Below the pieces are notes generated by a model that saw only the letters and a list, made by a program, of their open reading frames with translations, was not told the DNA's origin and searched no databases. A stretch of 19,418 nt of DNA, from positions 1-19,418 of the forward strand of contig JANLPS010000541.1 in the NCBI GenBank assembly GCA_031367385.1. The letters run 5' to 3'. How positions within the stretch are numbered: the first letter of the stretch is position 1; each line of letters opens with the position of its first letter. Of this stretch, positions 17,078 through 19,418 are shown piece after piece. Source of the stretch: Archangium sp. (lineage in GTDB: Bacteria; Myxococcota; Myxococcia; Myxococcales; Myxococcaceae). The position numbers were made by a program, and so were the translations under genes.

Positions 17078-18181
17078 ATGACACGTAGCGCCATGATTGT
17101 GAGTGGGTCTGTGCTGTTGGCAACGCTGAGCTCGTGCGGCGAGCCCCGGCTGGTCGGCGTGGCCGACGCCGGTGAAGTGCTGCAACTGCTCGACGCGGGC
17201 TTCAAGGTCGTTGACGCGGGCCAGCTGATCATCGACGCGGGGCCCGTTGACGCCGGCACCATTTATTACGCCGACGCATCGACGACGGTCGTCGACGCCG
17301 GCGTGCTCAACGCCAGTGGCATCGTTCGCTTCGTGGCCTTCGGTGACCAGGGCAAGGGTGACGATGCCCAACGCAAGGTCGGCCTCTCGGTGGGCAAGGT
17401 ATGCGCGGCGCTTGGGTGTGACTTCGGCGTGCTGCTGGGCGACAACTTCTACGAGTCGGGCGTGCAGTCGCCGACCGACCCGCAGTTCGTGACTGCCTTC
17501 GAGCAGCCCTACGAGACCGTCGATGCCGGGTTCTACATCGTGCTCGGCAATCACGACTACGGCGGCAACGGGCAAGGCACCGAGTTCGGCAAGGAGCAGA
17601 ACGAGATCGACTACGGCAAGACCCACCCGAAGTGGATTCTGCCGAGCCAGCACTACAAGTACTCCGCTGGCCCTGCAGAGTTCTTCGTCGCCGACACGAA
17701 CAGCTCGATGTTCTCGCGCGACACCCAGGTGCGCAAAGACTTCGACACGTGGCTTCCGGCGTCGACCCAGCTGTGGAAGATCGCCTTCGGTCATCACACG
17801 TACTTCTCGAACGGCAAGCACGGCAACGCGGGCAATTACGACGGCCTGGCGTTCATCCCCGTCGTGAATGGCAAGGGCGTGAAGAGCTTCGTCGAAGACG
17901 AGCTGTGTGGTCGCGCCGACTTTTACATCGATGGCCACGACCACGAGCGTGAGTGGCTCTCGAAGACGTGCACGAAGGGCGGGTCGACCATCAACACCCA
18001 GTTCATCGTCTCAGGCGGCGGCGCTGACGTGAACGGCTTCGACGGAGCCGGTGCAGTGCCGTACTACTGGCGCTCTGAGAACAGCGGCTTCTTGTACGTG
18101 GTGATCGACGGGCATTCTTTCACCGGCACCTTCTACAGCGCCGATGGCGTGGCCGAGTTCACACGAACGTTCACCAAGTAA
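17078..18181 (+). CDS. Purple-acid-phosphatase-type metallophosphoesterase lipoprotein with N-terminal DAG repeats
   Basis: Lipobox LSSC; motifs FGDQG, LGDNFY, LGNHD, FGHH, GHDH, VSGGG. Start ATG 17078 (or 17093). Confidence 0.92.
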   Translation: MTRSAMIVSGSVLLATLSSCGEPRLVGVADAGEVLQLLDAGFKVVDAGQLIIDAGPVDAGTIYYADASTTVVDAGVLNASGIVRFVAFGDQGKGDDAQRKVGLSVGKVCAALGCDFGVLLGDNFYESGVQSPTDPQFVTAFEQPYETVDAGFYIVLGNHDYGGNGQGTEFGKEQNEIDYGKTHPKWILPSQHYKYSAGPAEFFVADTNSSMFSRDTQVRKDFDTWLPASTQLWKIAFGHHTYFSNGKHGNAGNYDGLAFIPVVNGKGVKSFVEDELCGRADFYIDGHDHEREWLSKTCTKGGSTINTQFIVSGGGADVNGFDGAGAVPYYWRSENSGFLYVVIDGHSFTGTFYSADGVAEFTRTFTK

Positions 18182-18187
18182 GCGAAC

Positions 18188-18658
18188 ATGAGCGCCGAGA
18201 CTCCGGCGACGGCGTTTCTGCGCGAGCACGGCGTCGCCTTCACCCTGCGCCCGTACGAGTACGAAGAGCGTGGAGGCACCAAGGTCTCGGCGCAGAAGCT
18301 GGGCGCTGATGAGCACGTGGTGATCAAGACCTTGGTGTTCGAAGACGAGACCAAGTCGCCGTTCATCGTGCTGATGCATGGCGACAAAGAGGTCAGCGCG
18401 AAGGCGTTGGCTCGGCAGATGGGCGTGAAGAGCGTTCAGCCGTGCAAGCCCGAGGTCGCGCAGCGGCACTCCGGGTATCAGGTCGGAGGCACTTCGCCGT
18501 TCGGTACGAGGAAATCGCTCACCGTCTACTGCGAGCGGTCAATCACCGGGCTCGAGCTGATCTTCATCAACGCCGGGCGGCGGGGGCTGCTGTGCACGAT
18601 GTCACCGGGTGAGCTGGTGCGGGTGCTGCGACCGACCTTGGTTGACTGCGCCTCGTAG
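18188..18658 (+). CDS. ybaK: YbaK/EbsC family aminoacyl-tRNA deacylase (Cys-tRNA(Pro) deacylase)
   Basis: TPATAFL, VIKTLV, SGYQVGGTSPFG, INAGRRG. Confidence 0.92.
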   Translation: MSAETPATAFLREHGVAFTLRPYEYEERGGTKVSAQKLGADEHVVIKTLVFEDETKSPFIVLMHGDKEVSAKALARQMGVKSVQPCKPEVAQRHSGYQVGGTSPFGTRKSLTVYCERSITGLELIFINAGRRGLLCTMSPGELVRVLRPTLVDCAS

Positions 18659-18662
18659 GCTC

Positions 18663-18862
18663 TGACTCGAGCGTGAGTCGCGCAGCCCTCACGGCGTACC
18701 CGAATGGCTCGGTCGTGAATTCGAGTCATCGGCAGGTCAGTGCTGAAGGGCCTGGCTTGATTGAGAGTGCCGGCACGCCGGCTGCGATTGGGGTGGCGAT
18801 GACTCGCGAACATCCTTGGTGTGTGCCGACTGGGTCGGATGGCAAGACGATGGCCCTTCACG
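18663..18862. ncRNA. Candidate structured RNA element (unassigned family)
   Basis: Two perfect long-range helices (10 bp and 9 bp) that cross, plus three local hairpins, within 200 nt between convergent genes. I recognise no known family. Confidence 0.35.
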
Positions 18863-18885
18863 TAAAGATCTATTACATAAAAGGC

Positions 18886-19418
18886 TCACGGGATGATGCC
18901 CGTGACGACCCGGCACCGCAGGCCGCCATTGACGACCTCGTGCTGCTCGCGAAGGGGCAACCCGAGGTGCTCGGCACCCTCTTCGAGGAGCAGTGCGAAA
19001 CGCCACCCCGCGCAGGCGCGCTTGAGTGACGCGCCGAGGGCTTTGTACAGCGCCCCAAGCTCGCTGCGTTCACCGACGCGCTTCCCGTAGGGCAGGTTTG
19101 CGACGACGAGGCCTACCGAGAGATCTCGTTCGACGAGCTTGGTCGCATCGGCGCGCTCGAGGGTGAGCCGCTCGAAGATGCCGGCACGCTTGGCGTTGCG
19201 GCGGGCGGTACCGAGCGCGCCTGAGTTGAGGTCGGTGCCGATGATGGGGACTCGTGGTTCGACAGGCTCACCATGAGAGGGGTGCGGCTCACCATGTGGT
19301 TCGACAGGCTCACCATGAGAGTTGGGGGGCTCTGCATGTGGTTCGACAGGCTCACCGTGAGAGGTGGGGGGCTCTGCATGTGGTTCGACAGGCTCACCAT
19401 GAGAGGGGTGCGTCACAG
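18886..19418 (-). CDS. THUMP/RlmL-like class I SAM-dependent RNA methyltransferase, 3' part (truncated at window end), carrying an in-frame repeat insertion
   Basis: IIGTDLN..AL..ARRNA..AG, DAT, VVANLPYGKRV (NPPY-type motif IV), LY..LG..LK, W, VNGGLRC. Confidence 0.85.
   Translation of the reverse strand, partial: VTHPSHGEPVEPHAEPPTSHGEPVEPHAEPPNSHGEPVEPHGEPHPSHGEPVEPRVPIIGTDLNSGALGTARRNAKRAGIFERLTLERADATKLVERDLSVGLVVANLPYGKRVGERSELGALYKALGASLKRACAGWRFALLLEEGAEHLGLPLREQHEVVNGGLRCRVVTGIIP
19254..19405. repeat. Four tandem 42-nt units with a 26-nt REP-like core
   Basis: Core GTGGTTCGACAGGCTCACC(A/G)TGAGAG starts at 19254, 19296, 19338 and 19380, with 16-nt linkers related to each other. May continue past the window. 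Confidence 0.95.

Noticed and set aside
18722..18860. HDV-like ribozyme or retron msr/msd assignment for the structured segment
   Set aside because: Spacing does not fit the HDV P3/L3/P1.1 core, and no adjacent reverse transcriptase supports a retron.
18673..19029. 118-aa plus-strand ORF after ybaK
   Set aside because: Overlaps the methyltransferase antisense by 144 bp, has no SD or recognisable motif, and shows weaker GC3 bias. Not fully excluded.
19254..19405. CRISPR array
   Set aside because: Spacers are only 16 nt and similar to each other, the array is in frame within a CDS, and no cas genes are in the window.

Overview
GC-rich window from a myxobacterium. The 16S V1-V2 sequence and gene content resemble Myxococcaceae/Cystobacterineae as I recall them, but are divergent. 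Positions 1-1040 hold the 5' part of a minus-strand 16S rRNA gene, its leader, boxA and three tandem promoter candidates. A minus-strand housekeeping/LPS block follows: waaA, GT4, lpxK, then the split heptose kinase and adenylyltransferase, yicC and gmk. It is interrupted by an orphan Hsp70 paralogue and a convergent membrane repeat protein. An accessory surface/signalling block then contains a collagen-like Cys-rich lipoprotein, a small membrane protein, an ECF sigma with a ZAS-FecR-TPR anti-sigma, and a divergent lipoprotein with 10 Cys modules. The window ends with an M20 dipeptidase, a purple-acid-phosphatase lipoprotein with DAG repeats, ybaK and the 3' part of a THUMP/RlmL-like methyltransferase. 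Most notable: (i) a REP-like repeat expanded in frame (4 x 42 nt) inside the methyltransferase; (ii) a ~200-nt highly paired intergenic segment with crossing helices (candidate ncRNA); (iii) a diverged ~100-bp duplication of the heptose kinase 3' end beside another structured element; (iv) an ECF/FecR module flanked by Cys-rich DAG-motif lipoproteins and lacking an adjacent TonB-dependent receptor. No transposase, integrase, reverse transcriptase or CRISPR array was seen.
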